The notes beneath the pieces are model-generated. The model ran no database searches. It saw nothing but the letters and a program-made list of their open reading frames with translations, and was not told the DNA's origin. The translations under genes and the position numbers were made by a program. A DNA stretch of 64,000 nt from Orbicella franksi (lineage: Eukaryota), in assembly GCA_964199315.1 (NCBI GenBank), contig OZ116698.1:11656001-11720000 (forward strand), in the 5' to 3' direction. Positions 1 through 13,787 of the stretch are shown here, in pieces. Within the stretch, counting starts at the first letter, position 1, and each line of letters starts with the position of its first letter.

Positions 1-1182
1 ATCGTCAATAAAATGAACCCATTCTCGGCATTTTGCTGGAGTCAAAAGTTTTTCCTTGAAGTGATAATTCGGGAATATACCTTCATCTTGTGGTTTGGAA
101 TAAAGGGTAGAAACTGACTGTTGTTTCAAGGAATAAAGAAGCGAGTCTGGGTAACACTCAGCTACAGTTCAGTTTTGTTCAGAGATACAATTCTGCCAAA
201 ACCTTTCTGCTAGATTCCAAGGCCATTTATAGATGAAACTGTTTGCGAGTCCTTGCGCGGGTTATTAAAATCCTATCGGGGGAATGTAAACATGCGCTTC
301 TTGTTTGACATTGCAGTTAACTATCTCAAGCAAAACCACACTGTTAGCATCACCTTTTTTAAAATTTTATTAGTAATGTAAGGCTTCTGTGTACCTCAGT
401 CAGTCTCAAACACAAACAAAGTTGTCGGCTTAACTGATTTAGAAACAAGGACACCGGGCTGCGAACGAACTTCTGTCAGAGCTGGTGATTTAAACGATTC
501 ATCTTCAAGCTGGGGAGTAGTATACCTGCTTATCTCTTTTAAAATTATAAGAAAGTCTATTTAAAGCCCAAAGTTCAAGTTTCAGTAAGAGAAAAAAGGT
601 TATTTCTCCCTGGCGGACGACATAAGGAACAATGAAAACAAATCGACGCCATTTTTTCCGCACATGTTTTTTTATAATGGAGACTGGAGCTAGTTCCCCC
701 CAATTTTTAACCCAGCATGCCCCGCAACTTCTGGTAGAAATCAGCAGGAAGGTTTGCCATGTACCAGCTTTGCCTGATGCAGGTTTGCCATAAAGTGCTG
801 AAGCAGGAAACATTATTGTTGGAGAAGGTGGCTGATATTTCTATTGGTTTGAGGAATCAGAAGAATAGCTCAATAGAGTTTGTAGCTGAGATCACGAACT
901 AGATGGTGATTTTCCCCAACTACCAGCCAGTTTTGACAACCCTACAGATGGCCTGTTTACTCTAGAACTACCAAGAAATGGCTCAGACCAGAGTTAGCAC
1001 TACAATGAAAAGCATTTGAAAGAGGGACTGTTGCTTTCAAAATGATCAGCGCTGTTCTTTATTGGAGGGCATGTTATCACTTAGCAGCTGATTCCTGTAT
1101 TATATTGGGTATCGCAGTTAACTCACCTTTTCAGTTACAGTAGTTATGTATCAACTTCAAGTTTATAGTCAGCAAAGTGTGG

Positions 1183-1331
1183 TGTGTAGTTCCAGAAAAT
1201 ATCCATACCTCCTTCCTCCTCCCATAAACACCCCTCTGGTCCCTTTGGTCTTAGAGACCCCCCACCTCCCACCCTTAGAAAATTCCAATCCCTTCTGTGG
1301 GGGGAGTATGGATGTTTTCTGGAACTGCAAT
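1183..1331. mobile_element. MITE in a UBAC1 intron
   Basis: Imperfect TIRs TGTAGTTCCAGAAAATATCCATAC / GTATGGATGTTTTCTGGAACTGCA. Related decayed copies lie near 7240-7350 and 39420-39615. Confidence 0.6.
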
Positions 1332-1368
1332 ACAAAAATAAAGAATTCAAAAATTACATCTAATGTAC

Positions 1369-2472
1369 CTGAACTGTCAGAATCTTTTCCTGCAGTCACT
1401 GATTGCAGAAGAATTGAAGAGTCAATCAGGGAGATGAGTATTCTTCTAAGTTCTGAATTGAACTAAAATAACGAAAGAGTACATCACAAATTTGACCTCA
1501 GTTTTTCTACTTTAATAATTAGTTTGTTGAACAGACATATGCAACATTTAATACAGCAACATGTGACAGTGCAATTGCTGCATCCAAGAGAGAATGATCA
1601 AGGAGAATGGTTTTCCCACACACAAGCCCCTTCCAATCATAAAATTTTTTAAATCTTTTTTCTAGACAAAGGCAACAAAAAGTACCTGATTATATAGCTG
1701 AATGATATTATGCAGATTTCTGACAGCATATAGTTTTTCACCTGTTGTTTTAAAATGAGGTCTACTACAGTTGGGTGAGGTGCTACAAAAGTTTGGCGAC
1801 CAGGTTTTAACGTTCAAATTGTGTTGTTGTCATGGGTAACTGGCTCCATTTCTAGTGGAAACTTGTTCGCCTTTGATGTCATTAGCAGCAAAGTGTACGG
1901 AATTGTAGGCGATGATATTGTTACCATTGGAGGAAAGTTTAAGGCCAAAACTTTGTCACACCATACTCAACTGATAATTGTAGTATGCGAATATGCAAAA
2001 AATCTGGATGCTTTCAGGTAGCTAAGGGCCCGCTGGTGACTGCCAGCTAGTATCAACAACTGAGAAAGAACTTCAATCCAGCTGAAATTTCACACCAAAA
2101 CAAAGACTTGCGATACTTTTGGAGGTGCAGAGGCCAGAAAAGCTGGCTACACTCGTTAATGAGCTAGCTTAGTGCTTGCTTATAGCTACATCCTTGTATG
2201 AGGAAAGAAAGCTGTGATAAATATTACATCTTATTAGTACCATGTGTTACAAAACTAATAAAAATAGAACTTCATCACAGGGCAATGGGAATCACTCTTT
2301 TGGATCATTCTATCTTAGTTGTATCTGATTGGCAATAACCACCCTGTTGTAGGGGTTAAGACTTTTTATACGCAGGTGTGTTTAAAACATGAAATGGTGA
2401 AATGTCAAAATGGCACCGCAGTTAACCTAAATAGTGTTCCAGTTAGCTTAAATAGTGCTATATATCATCATC

Positions 2473-2523
<51 letters not shown>

Positions 2524-4183
2524 CATTTTAATAGCTGACACAATTACTGGTAACCCAGTAACTTGACAGTGGTTGGCTCAAAATAATTTCAAGGATTAAA
2601 CCTCAGAGACAACAGTATCCTGCATTGACTCTTAACAGTGGTGCCATTTTGTCATTTTGCCATAATTGTCCTGTTTTGAACATGCCCTTTAGAGACACAT
2701 GTTTTATACTAGGTGATGAAATTGGTACGTATTGTTAGCAAATAATTTATTAAGTAGCGCTCAGACATGTCAACTGCTGAAAATAATTATATAGGTGTTT
2801 AAAGCAGTTGGCATGGGCATCAACAATTTTTTTACTGATACGCATGCGTTATATTATTAATATTGATAATATTTTTTTCTATTTGTACCATGTCAGAAAT
2901 CCAATACATGTAGCATGACATGACTAAGCACCAAAAGAATCTTAGCAGTATTTCTCAGGAGACTGTCGACTAACTGTCTGCTAACTGTCAGCCAGCCAAT
3001 TTGTTTAGGAGTTGCTTATCACTTTTAGCAATAGTTAATATCTGTGATATCCAATAACTCAGATTTGTTACTTGCACACTTACATCTAAAGTAAGAGGAG
3101 ACAAGCTGGCTGAAGGCTCCTTCACCTTTCCCGCAGTAAGCTTAGCAGTTAATTTCTTGACACTCTTCAGATCAGGTACTTGGTAACTGCTATTTTTACA
3201 TTCCTGTGTGGTTTTGGAGAAAACAAAGAGTATACTATTGTGATTTTGATGTAAGTGAATAAAATCTTCCTCCTTTATATGTTTTTAGCAAAAAACCAAT
3301 TAGTAATAATTGGTTACATCTAAATTTATTTAAAGGAGGATGTCACGTGCACAATGAGTCATGTAAAAAAGTAAAACCCGAAGAAAATGGCAGTAAGTTA
3401 TTAAGGTCAATGTATAACTTAAACATCAGAATGAACAGAGATAACACAATTAAGCTAATTATTGTTTATAGTTGACAGCCATCAATAGGGATGCCTCCAA
3501 TTTTGACACGAATATCGAACAATTAAATCAAAATGAGGGATAAAATGCTTTATGCAAACAAAATTGAATCGCTAGCTAGCCTACGATTTAATTCAATAGA
3601 ACGCTAAATTAAATAAATAATCTCTGTTTATCAGTCCATTTTAATTAATTTTACAAATGTGTACATAGTAATTGGGACGTAAATATTTCCTGCGGTATTC
3701 GCCTGGAAGTGATAAAAAATTGAAAAATAAGTTCCCCCTGTCGATGCACTTTAAAACAAATAGGAATAAAAGGCAACTCTTACTTTTTCGGCGGAATCAC
3801 AACTCGCATTGTGACGTTTTCTGAAGAGAATTAACTCGTCTGGAAGAGAAAACACGAAAACTAAGATAAGCTATAATTGGGCTAGAAGCACTGAAAAAGC
3901 AATCAGACGACATGAACGAAGTACACTTACCATTTTCTTGGACATTTTCTTCGTCTAGGGTTTTTTCGTCGATTAATTCCTTATTTGATTTAGCAAGGAG
4001 CAGTTTATACAAGTGAGATTCCTTCGAATATTCACCGCCAAGTGCTCTATCCTTAACTGCATTAACGGTGTCCGTAACGCTAACTGTCAGATTGCTTTCC
4101 TTTCCAGATGAGCTGATAATTTTTATACAGATTAGAGGAACAGATCCGCGAGATGTCAACTTCTGAAGTTCAAATTCCCTCAT
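1369..4183 (-). CDS. UBAC1: Ubiquitin-associated domain-containing protein 1 (KPC2)-like, 5' exons only; the gene continues toward or beyond the left edge
   Basis: Four GT-AG exons splice in frame: 4183-3931 (MREFELQ...UBL domain...VQEN), 3839-3784 (DELILFRKR...SAEK), 3203-3084 (ECKNSSYQVPDLKSVKKLTAKL...LTLD), 1462-1369 (FNSELRRILISLID). They match vertebrate UBAC1 segments DVLLLIKKR...SAEEK and FQTELRKILVSLIE, with matching intron phases. UBA-domain exons were not found in the window. Confidence 0.8.
2465..2520. repeat. (ATC)n(AAT)n microsatellite
   Basis: Direct reading. It explains the poly-N ORF 2319-2531. Confidence 0.95.
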
Positions 4184-4528
4184 CTTTCCCCGTTGTTTTT
4201 CATTTCCAAAATTTTGCAAAACAAGACTTCGTGACAACAAAGTTGACGTTCATGCGCAAATATTAACCAGGTTTCGATAGCTACTGCGCATCTACTTGCC
4301 GAACACTCGATAGTAACAGCCATTGACCAAACATGGAGAATCTCGTGCTGTGTTAACTTCGGGAGGAGCTCGGTTTTCCCGACATTGTCCGAGTGTGTTA
4401 TCCACGCAGTCATTATTCGCGCTTTCTGTCATGGAAATCAGCTGAATCAAAGTGGATCTTTGAAGAATGTAAATTGAATTCACTGGACTATATCATTCCG
4501 CTATTGAAATACATTTTCTGTTTGAAGT
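4184..4528. promoter_or_regulatory. Probable bidirectional promoter between UBAC1 and CACFD1
   Basis: Only 345 bp separate the two divergent ATGs, so both TSSs and 5' UTRs must fit here unless there are upstream non-coding exons. Confidence 0.6.
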
Positions 4529-7398
4529 ATGGCAGACAGTGACACAAACACCGGTGGTGTTCCAAAAGGATTGAGACTTGTGGTGCGATTTTGGGGCGCA
4601 GTGTCCGGGCTATGTGAGTACTGTGTTTGAATATTTGATCTTTCATGAACATCGGGCTTTTTCTCAAAATACGGAGATTTAATTTTATTGTTTGATCAGG
4701 TTCAAGTCATCGGTCTGAATTGGTATTATGGCTTCTTCTATTTATAGCATTTCGCTAGCTTTGCTATTTATTCGAGTCAACGGTGACGCGGGAATATTCT
4801 GTCCGTTTATACAAATCAAGATGATACTGGCCGGCTGAGTAAGCGCTTGCATACATTGTCAGTGATTGTCAAGATCTTTGTTTACATTTTGTCCTCTTGT
4901 CTTTTCGTGTTCTGCCTTGACTGGCTTGAGTTTATAGCCATCAACGATGTCGCCAGTCTCTTATTGTGTTGGTCCCTCCAAAATAAAATGCTAGAGAGTA
5001 TTTTCTTACTAAATTTTCCACTGAGAATGAGAAATTATGGCGACTTAGAAAAGCTTTAGAATTTTTAAATAATATATTTTTTTAGTTTATTGCACGCTTT
5101 AATCTGAGTGGTAAGGAGGCTAAATACATAAAATGCCGGCATTGAAATCAACAATAACAGATGACTAGGGTGACGAAATGAATTGAACTTAACAAATGGG
5201 TTCTTATAGAATCTCGTAAACAGCGTTTAAATTTACTAAATGTCGTTCTCAAACGTGGCAAAAAGTTGTAAAAAACGCTAATGAACACTGGAAAAATACT
5301 TAAATTTTCAGAAAATGGACTCTTCGCCAATATTTACGTTTTTGAAATGTTCCGTCAAAAGAGCATAAATATATTCTAAAACATGAAAGTAGGAATCAAA
5401 TAAAAAAATACTAGAAAACATAACTTCAACTTTCACTTTTGCTGTCATATTTTATTACCCATTTATCATCTGATTCTCATCAATAATGTTATTGAGACAC
5501 TTCAACTATTGATTCATCTTTTATCAATTAGCTGAATGGTCTTAGACTCAGTTGAGTCATGAAGATAGGCAATTTTTTGCAGCAGACTGCGATTTACATA
5601 TTACATCATTTTAATATTTGTTGGATTAAAATTATTTGAGTCTCATCATGTTTCTGTGGAAATAAGTATTATTTGTGATATCATTTCTTCTTTTACCTGG
5701 CAAGAATGGCTCAACCAAGCTTTTCTAAACTGGGCACAGACAAAGTGCATTAATTAGGCTTATTCCAAATATCGTACTACTGCCATGCCAAACTAGATTC
5801 AAGAATTAGCACAATGTTTGAAACCACTCAATTTGGCAGGCAGAATTAAATTTGGCATGAGTACTTAGCATGACAGGCCTTGCCATGCTTGGCAGCAGTA
5901 GTGTGACTCGGCTTCAAACGGCGTGCTCTTGCTATGCCAAACTGAATTCATAACCTGCTGCTTTAAGCTGCCATTGCTTTCTAGCATTTCAGCTGGTATT
6001 CAGCAAAGCAAACTTCTTCTGATCTTCAGCACGACTGAATAAAATTCGATATTTGAGACCGCTGCTGTTCCTTTGTCATGCCACCACCGGAGCAAATTCA
6101 TTTGAGTCTGACATGGCAGTAGCAGGACATTTAGACTAGGCCTAGAGTAATGAAGGGGTGGTTTATTGAGGAAGTAGCAAATAAAAATGAGAATTTTGTG
6201 TTCCCATGGGCTGATGTAAATATGCAGTGTAAAAGAACTCAAAATGTAAATAAACATTTTCTTTTTCTCCTGTGATATAACAGTTAAAAAACTGGTCAAG
6301 CATTCCTCTCATAGTGTGAGTGGAATTTGTAGTTGGGCTGGTGGGTAATTTTATTTTTTGCTTCCCAGCGTGATGGGCAAGTGAAATTTTTTTGGAACAA
6401 TGTTTGAAGAATTTCAAATTTTAGAATTAAGTATTGAGTACAAAAGATTTAATTTTGTGAATCTCCCAGTAGTGAGACATTTTGGGGAGCTAGTGAGAAT
6501 GACTTTTGGATTAGCAAGTCAAGCCTTAAATTGGTTTCCCGTGCACTCTTCTCTCAATGGAAATTTGATGTCATTCTGTGTTTCAATATTTTATTTTTGA
6601 AATGAATACAGTAGAAACTGCAACTTGATTCAAACTTTCAATGTTTGTTGGACTGTGACATATATTTATGCAGCTTTGTGTGACTGATGCATTGAAATTG
6701 CGGCTACAATCCTGACCATAAGTTGTTGGGACACCTCCCCTTTTGCATGCTAAAACCCATGATTTCAACTACGTCCTTGACGTTTTAGGAAAAGATGAAT
6801 AGAAGCAAGTGTAATTGACCCCCTCCCCCTAACAATGTTGAAAGGAAATGAAGCTATTCTGAAGACTAGATCAGATGTGGTTAAAAAGGAAAAAGAGGCA
6901 ATAGAAAGTTATGGGACAGTTGTGTTGGAACTGAACATGATTGCTGAAAAATCGTTATTATTGGAATAAGACGTGAATATCTATCCTATCGTCACTTTAG
7001 TCAGAGAATACTGTCCTAGGAGGTGAACAGTTCTTGAAACGTGGCTATTCTGAAGCTATTGTCAAGGTTTTTTTTTTTTTCAAGATTTTTATTAACATTG
7101 ACAGGGGGGAGGGGGGCAGGCGGGTTTACGCAGTCTTGGTCTTAAGAGAGGCTTCCCGTGACGTCATCTGCTGTGAACTGAACACTTGTGACCAGGATTG
7201 TAGATAAATTTATGTCAGTTAAGCCAGAAAATGTTGATACCCTTCGTATGGAAGGTTTTTGGGTTTGAACCACTCACTCACTTCCCTTTTAATGTTGGAA
7301 TTTCAAATTTCCTACCTCAGAATTTCCAGTAACCTTCCATGGGTTGGGTAAGAGAAAATACTTGACTGACTGACTGACTGATTGATCAACGCACAGTC

Positions 7399-7434
<36 letters not shown>

Positions 7435-10145
7435 CATTTTCTGGAAGGATATATATGTTGTATTTTTTGAGGAATGTTCGTCAGAATGATTTCAAGTTAG
7501 TTTAATTTTCATTAAAAGGGAATGGGGAGTCTATTACACCAATAACTTACTAGCCCAACAAAAATAAAGAAATTGCCACAATTGCTTGCATGGCCTAGTG
7601 GAGCTGAAGGTGGACAACATATTCAGGAATTGGTTGTGTGGTTCTATGAGAGTGCAAAATAAAAAGAGATATCTTGCAGGGGCGTTGATATGAGATGCTG
7701 GCAGGGTTGGACTGAGTTAGAGATGGATGGGGCTGGGTATTATGCAAGTTATTCTTTTTTAGAACATCCCAGAAAGTGAGAAGAAGAAAAGAAACTGGTT
7801 TGAAAAATTTAACCTTGGTCTAAACAAATTAACCTAGGTTGACATCATTGTGGCCTAAAGTATAATATTTTCATATTACACATGATAAATTTTTAATCAA
7901 AAACCTATTTTGTTGTTGTCTGTTAGGTTCTGCAGCACTTGGCTTCTTTGTTCTTTTTACACTATCAGCAACATGTTTAGGAATGGGAATATATATGATG
8001 TAAGTTACTTACATGTTAGTGACCATGACATACAATGTAAAGTGAAGGTACATGTACATAAGGGTTGATATTTATGTATAAGACTTGACTGTGTGAGATT
8101 TATTTGTGAGCTGGGCTGCTGCTGCTGCTGCAGGGTAGTGGATTGTAAAGACTGTGAGTCCACCGGCACCTGGTGAATGTAATAGAGCTGAACAGATGTT
8201 GAACCATGTTTACACGGTTCTGTTGGGCATTGATACATGTATATCTACAATCATGGACAAAAGTCTTGGGACAAATTTGCACTTCTGGCGCTTTTGTGCA
8301 CACGCCAGACGCAAATACTACTTCACCTCCCTAACCTCACCCCCATCCCCCATACAGTGTTGAATGCATTTTTAAAAGGAAAGCGGCGCTTTTTTTAAAA
8401 CTTCAGTGGTAAAACACATATAATTTGTTCAATTACGTAAGTGTCCTAAGGACTTTTGTCCACGATTATAGCCTAACCTGCGATCAGGTGCTTTTTTTCA
8501 GCAATTAAATGGGGGAAGAGAAAAAAGAACACCTGGTACACATGTATATTTTGAGAGTCGTCTGCATGTAGTCCAGAATCTGGACTTTTGTCTGATTGGT
8601 CGTAAACCTAAAGTGTACAGTCATGTATTTGAGTCACATTCTGAATGTTTACCTGATTAGATATCTGACTACCAGTGCAATTCCAGACACAAAGTCTGGG
8701 GGCTGCAGAGATACGTATGTATAACAATTGACAACATAACAGTTGCACTTTTTGCTAAATGATAGAAGACTAGCTGTCACAGAATCAATGGTTACTCCCA
8801 CACTTTAGTCAGGCCATGTGAATTTCCAGTTAAGTCTGATTGCTCACATTTATAGCATGACCCAAGAGAACATCACTGTTGACAGGTCAGCCACAAAGGG
8901 ATGGAAGATGACCCATGAAGTAAATGTATCAGGTGTTCTTTTTCTCCCTTCCTCCATTCGCTGTTTGCCAAAACAAAAGAGTGCCTGGTGGCAGATTATC
9001 TCCAGCCCAATCGGACAAATTAAGCGTTTCATTACTCACCTTTCTATGGTGTAGTTTGTTGATTGAGTGTTGCATTCTGTTAAGATAACTGCAGGGTGCA
9101 GCTTTCAGCTGGCTGCTCATCTCCCTCTCAGTGGACTGTCCTAAATTGAAAAACACCAGTCTAGAGTTACTGGGTATTGTTATCATGATTAAAATTCTTT
9201 GATTTAATTTCAGAGTGATGGGAGTCCTTGTCTTGGGTTTTGAAGCTCCCATGTGTTGTCAGTATGTACCAACTCTTGTGACAGTCAGTAACTGGATTGA
9301 TGCTCACTTCAGATTCTGGATGAGAGGAAGTTTGTATTTTGTGTAAGTTGTTCTGAAAAGAATATTAGAACATGTTACTGATCTTTTTTCACATTCTTTT
9401 AGGGTCAGTAAGTACAGTCTGTGTGAAGACAGTTGCTGCATTAGGAAAGAAGCTTTGATCTAAATCCATGACTGCTATGATCTGACATTGACTGTGCTTG
9501 CATTATTATGATTGTACTCTTTTCCAGCTGATAGTTACAAGAAACATTCCTGTACAGCTGTGTGTGTAGATGGTCAATTTGCCCGGTGCCTGGCCCTTAA
9601 TGAAACCCTTGCAATTAAGCAACTAGTAGATTTAAATTACATGTCCCAGCATGTCATCATCTGGTCAGCAGCCTATCTCCCAGTTGACGAGGATAATCGA
9701 CAAGCTGATTTAGTTAAACAATGTCACCTAAGGAATGTTAATTCTTGTTTGGTTTTTACATAGGATGGCCATTCTCCCTATAATATTTTGCCTGGAAGTC
9801 TCCACATTTGTTGGTTGTGGTTCAATCATGATCACAGCAGCCTTGTATGGTGTTTTAGCCATCGGAAGAAAGTAAGTGAATTCTTTTACAAAAATCCATT
9901 TTAGAGATGGAAAACTCAGTAAAAAACATTTTAGAAGAGGATTATAACTGTGGTATTTTGGGTCATGTCCGATGACAGACTGTTATTTCCAGCACTGCCA
10001 TAGCATGTAGCTTAAACGTGAGGTGAATTTTTTTTTCAGGGGAGCTGATGTAAACAAGAATGCTAATTCTGATGACATTGAGATGAAAACGAACTTAGTT
10101 GATAACAAGGGTGATCCAAACTATGTAGAAGAAACAGGACCTTGA
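4529..10145 (+). CDS. CACFD1: Calcium channel flower homolog, 166 aa, 5 exons
   Basis: Exons 4529-4613, 7927-7999, 9214-9342, 9764-9871 and 10040-10145 total 501 nt, all GT-AG and in frame. The protein has Flower motifs GVLVLGFEAPMCCQ, FWMRGSLYFVMAILPIIFC and LYGVLAIGRKG, and is hydrophobic and multi-TM. Confidence 0.93.
5757..6142. mobile_element. Degenerate MITE in CACFD1 intron 1
   Basis: Imperfect ~40-bp TIRs (GGCTTATTCCAAATATCGTACTACTGCCATGCC / ACATGGCAGTAGCAGGACATTTAGACTAGGCC) and internal repeats of the same motif. Confidence 0.45.
7363..7429. repeat. (GACT)n/(CAGA)n tetranucleotide microsatellite
   Basis: Direct reading. Confidence 0.9.
8246..8470. mobile_element. Tc1/mariner-type MITE in CACFD1 intron 2
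   Basis: TIRs TACAATCATGGACAAAAGTCTTGGGAC / GTCCTAAGGACTTTTGTCCACGATTATA with TA ends. Confidence 0.7.
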
Positions 10146-12643
10146 AATGTACACTCTCACAGTTTGTGTATGAGATGCACTTTACCACAGTATTTAAAGA
10201 TTTTAAGTTAAAGAATAATTCTATTATGAAAGACTTACTATGATAGAACCTGTGCATACTCTGGTGGTTAACATGACACTGCAGTGTACCACAGTTGTGA
10301 TGTCATAAATTTTATTGTCTACAAGACGTAGAAGCTATCCCCTCATATTTACACACTTTTAATCTGATGCAATATGTTAGAAGAATGATGGTTGTCTACA
10401 TGTACACTGTACATAGTGCAAAGTTCATTGTGAGGTTTGCATAGCAGCTATTTTTACCGGTGTTAATGCCACATCTTCATAAATACACAACCCTGCAGAA
10501 ACAACTATGTGGACCCCTCAAGCCCCCCCCCCCCCCCCCGCCCCAGATTAGAATGTCGAAGGGTTGTGAAAGGATTGATGTATAGTGGTAACAGTCGTAT
10601 TCTGAAAATAATTACTTCTTCTAAAACTGGTAGTTTATCCAGCAATATCAGTGCCAGAAAAACTACTGGTTTTAGAAGTTAACCTAATGCTTGAGTTCGT
10701 CACATTTTCAAATAACTAATTCACTCCAAGTGTGTTGCATGTTATCGTAAATGTAGCTAGTAATGTAGATGGTATCTGATAATTATTGCATCACAATAAC
10801 TGCATGTACATGTGATCTTATTTTATGTTTAGCAGGTTTTCAAATTATATTTTCCTTTCAAAGAATGATATTTTGGACTTGCAATAAAAGCTGTTTGAAC
10901 TGCAAATCATAGCTGGGGCTTTTCATACAGTGCTGTGTTTCCTCAACATTTAGTGGCACAAGACTCAACAGGATTATTTCAAATGTCATATTTTCATTCC
11001 TGATGTCTATAAACCTGAACTAGAGAGGAACATGTTCACACTGTAGCTGTAGATCTGTAGAATACCATCTTCTCTATTACATTCTTTCTCCAAGCAGTTA
11101 GGGCTTTAGAAGAATAATTAATTGTAATTCTTACAAAGCACCTTAATATTATTAAGCACTGTCAAATTGTGCCTCCTTAGAGTTTTTCTAAGAATGTATT
11201 TGAGGGGTATTTAACTAAGGAAGGCACTAACTGATAATTCAGGAATGAAAATTGAACCAATTGGAATGCTCGGATTGACCTCAAGACTACCTTATCTTGG
11301 TCAGGATTTTGCCATGGGGATGAAAACAGACTTAAGCTGGTGTATTTTGGGTTTCCAAAAGTTGGCTGATTCATTGCCCAAGTGCCATACAATAAACCAC
11401 TTACTAACCTAGCTGGCTAGAACCGTACTGGGGAATATCTGCTCCTGCTTATTAATTAAGAAACTAGAGATATATAATTTATATTAAGCTTGGGTTATCT
11501 GTTAGTCCCCAAGCTTGAAGGAAATTACTAAAATATTGACCTTTAGGCTTTAGACTCCAACATGCAACTTACCCAACTGTCATTGAAAAGTTGAAGTTTT
11601 GATACTGTTTTTAAAGTTGCAGTAGTGATAGCCTGTTACTTCGGACGTACATTAATACATACAACTGTATTTAGTTGTAAAAAAATCCTAGTTACTTCAT
11701 CAATGGCTTGTTATTTAAAGTGGACACTTCTTTTAGCCTAACCTAAAAGGGTTAAAGTAGTAATTTATTTTAATTTATTGTAATTTATTTACTTATATAA
11801 GTTTATATACGTATTATTGTGATATAACAGCAGATCATTAAATCCACACGAAAAAAAAAGAAAAAAAAGATTAAAACTGTTAACTTTCTCAGTGCAGTTT
11901 TAATTTTTTTGTGCGTATCAAAATTCTTATATCGGAGGTTTATTTAACCCTTGGAAGTTGAAAATTTCTAGATTCCAATTGGAGGAACAAATACCAGTTG
12001 GAACCAACATAATAATTGAACCTGTAGCTTTATATCTGAGTTGCCTGGAAACATTTTTATCTGCGCTGTTCCATGCTGGCACGTTTTCATTTGCATTCTT
12101 TCCACTCTCTGATTGGTTGATCAAAACAAAACGATTCTTTAAGTGAAGCTTCAACGAAGATTAGCCTAAAACGGCACTGACTGATTACCAATTTCAATTA
12201 TGTCAGCAGGGTTTATCTTAAGTTTAATACTTGCTTATTGTGGTGGGGGTATATAAGATTCTGCTATAGTAGAGATTGTCAACTTAGAATCAATTGAAAG
12301 TGAAAAGGAAGAGTTTTTATTTTTTATCATTAAATTATGGTTCAAGGTGGATTGCAAAGTTGTTTTCTTGTTTGTGGACTTGTGGTTCGGAATTGAAATG
12401 TAAAATTTGGTAAACAAACGACCGGTAGCCGCCCGAGCCTGGTGCGATAGACATTGATTTTGCTCGTCACGCACTCCTATGCGTGACAAGCCAAAAATTA
12501 GCCTCGAGGAAGGGCGCGGATGTAGACAGCTAACCAAAACTCGGATCCTGAAAATGTTGGCAATTATTTAGAGGCGATTCTGTGGAATGCTGGACTATCC
12601 GTCCACGGTCACTGTCCACTGAATACGTTTTTTAATGTGCCTT

Positions 12644-12700
12644 TTTGTTTGTTTGTTTGTTTGTTTGTTTGTTTGTTTGTTTGTTCGTTTGTTTGTTTGT
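12644..12700. repeat. (GTTT)n microsatellite
   Basis: Direct reading. Confidence 0.95.
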
Positions 12701-13787
12701 TTTTTTCAGCACTCTTCAAGTGCATCAAATGAGTGTATCTTTGTTTTGAAGTGAGCTCACCCATTTCTTTTAAGTCCCTCGCACCTCAAAAGTCTCTGAG
12801 AAGAGTGAATCACCATGAAGACTATACAGTGCCTTTACAGTTTTCAGAATTGAATTGAAGAGAAGAAATTAAAGTAAGAGATGCTAAGAGAGGTGCACAG
12901 CCGCAGAGTACCATGCAATAAGGAAACCCTCTTGATTACGAAAATTCCGCCACTATGGATTTTTTTTCTTCGATTTCTGTTGCTCTCTTGTTTGGCGGCG
13001 GGCATACATGGCAAAAATTACAGTAAATGTATGCAAAAAGTGGAAAATGCAATGTCTAATAACTTACGGAAGAAAATTATAATTAACAACTAAAGATATC
13101 GGGTAAAAGTTTACTGTGCAAATTTAAGGGAGATAGCCTTGCTAGAAAAGACTTTGTTTGGAAAACCGAGTCGCTCTTCGCGGGAAAATTTAAACACTTG
13201 TTTGAAAAATTAAAAGTGCACTCGCCTCAAAGCAAATATATGTTCTTCAAATTTGATCAAAAACCCCTCCTGCTGGGTATTTATTCCTGTAATTCATTAA
13301 TCTTCAGAACGTCAATCGTTCTCAAATTATGGGCCATCGAACTTTTGTCTTTTCCCGTAACTATACTGTAATTTTTTGCCGTGTTTCGCTTCCAAACAAG
13401 ATGGCGTCAGGAACCGCGAAAAGGTCAGTTTCGCAAATATATTTTCGTATTATTCAGATTAATGATTATAATTTCTGTGGCGTGAATTTCATAGAAAAAA
13501 GGGGTCAGCTGCAGTTACATAGCATGAATAAATTTACAAACATTATGAGCGGTAAATATAGGAAATGAAAAACTCTTAAATCCCACAATCAATAGCTCGC
13601 AAATATTGCAGCTGTTTATCGCTTTGCTGTGGTAATGAAAAGTGCCAAGCTTTCAGATGAAGATGGTTTTCGCGCCTCCTGGCCAGACGATGCATGTGGG
13701 ACCCTAAAATTGTTTCAAACCCAAGAATTAAACTAAAAGAATTGAAAATTGAAAACGTAACTTACCTTTACGAGGGTGTGTTTTAAA

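Noticed and set aside
1-1140. Stop-poor frames on both strands (e.g. minus ...PQDEGIFPNYHFKEKLLTPAKCREW; ORF 505-813)
   Set aside because: No recognisable homology, stops interrupt every long frame, and there is no UBA (EMGF) motif to continue UBAC1. Treated as intron or unknown.
1144-1466. Overlapping ORFs 1144-1350, 1146-1466 and 1169-1399
   Set aside because: They span a MITE and the antisense or edge of UBAC1 exon 4, so they are not independent genes.
11927-12537. ORFs 11927-12154 and 12235-12537
   Set aside because: No motif, no convincing splice structure and no recognisable family.
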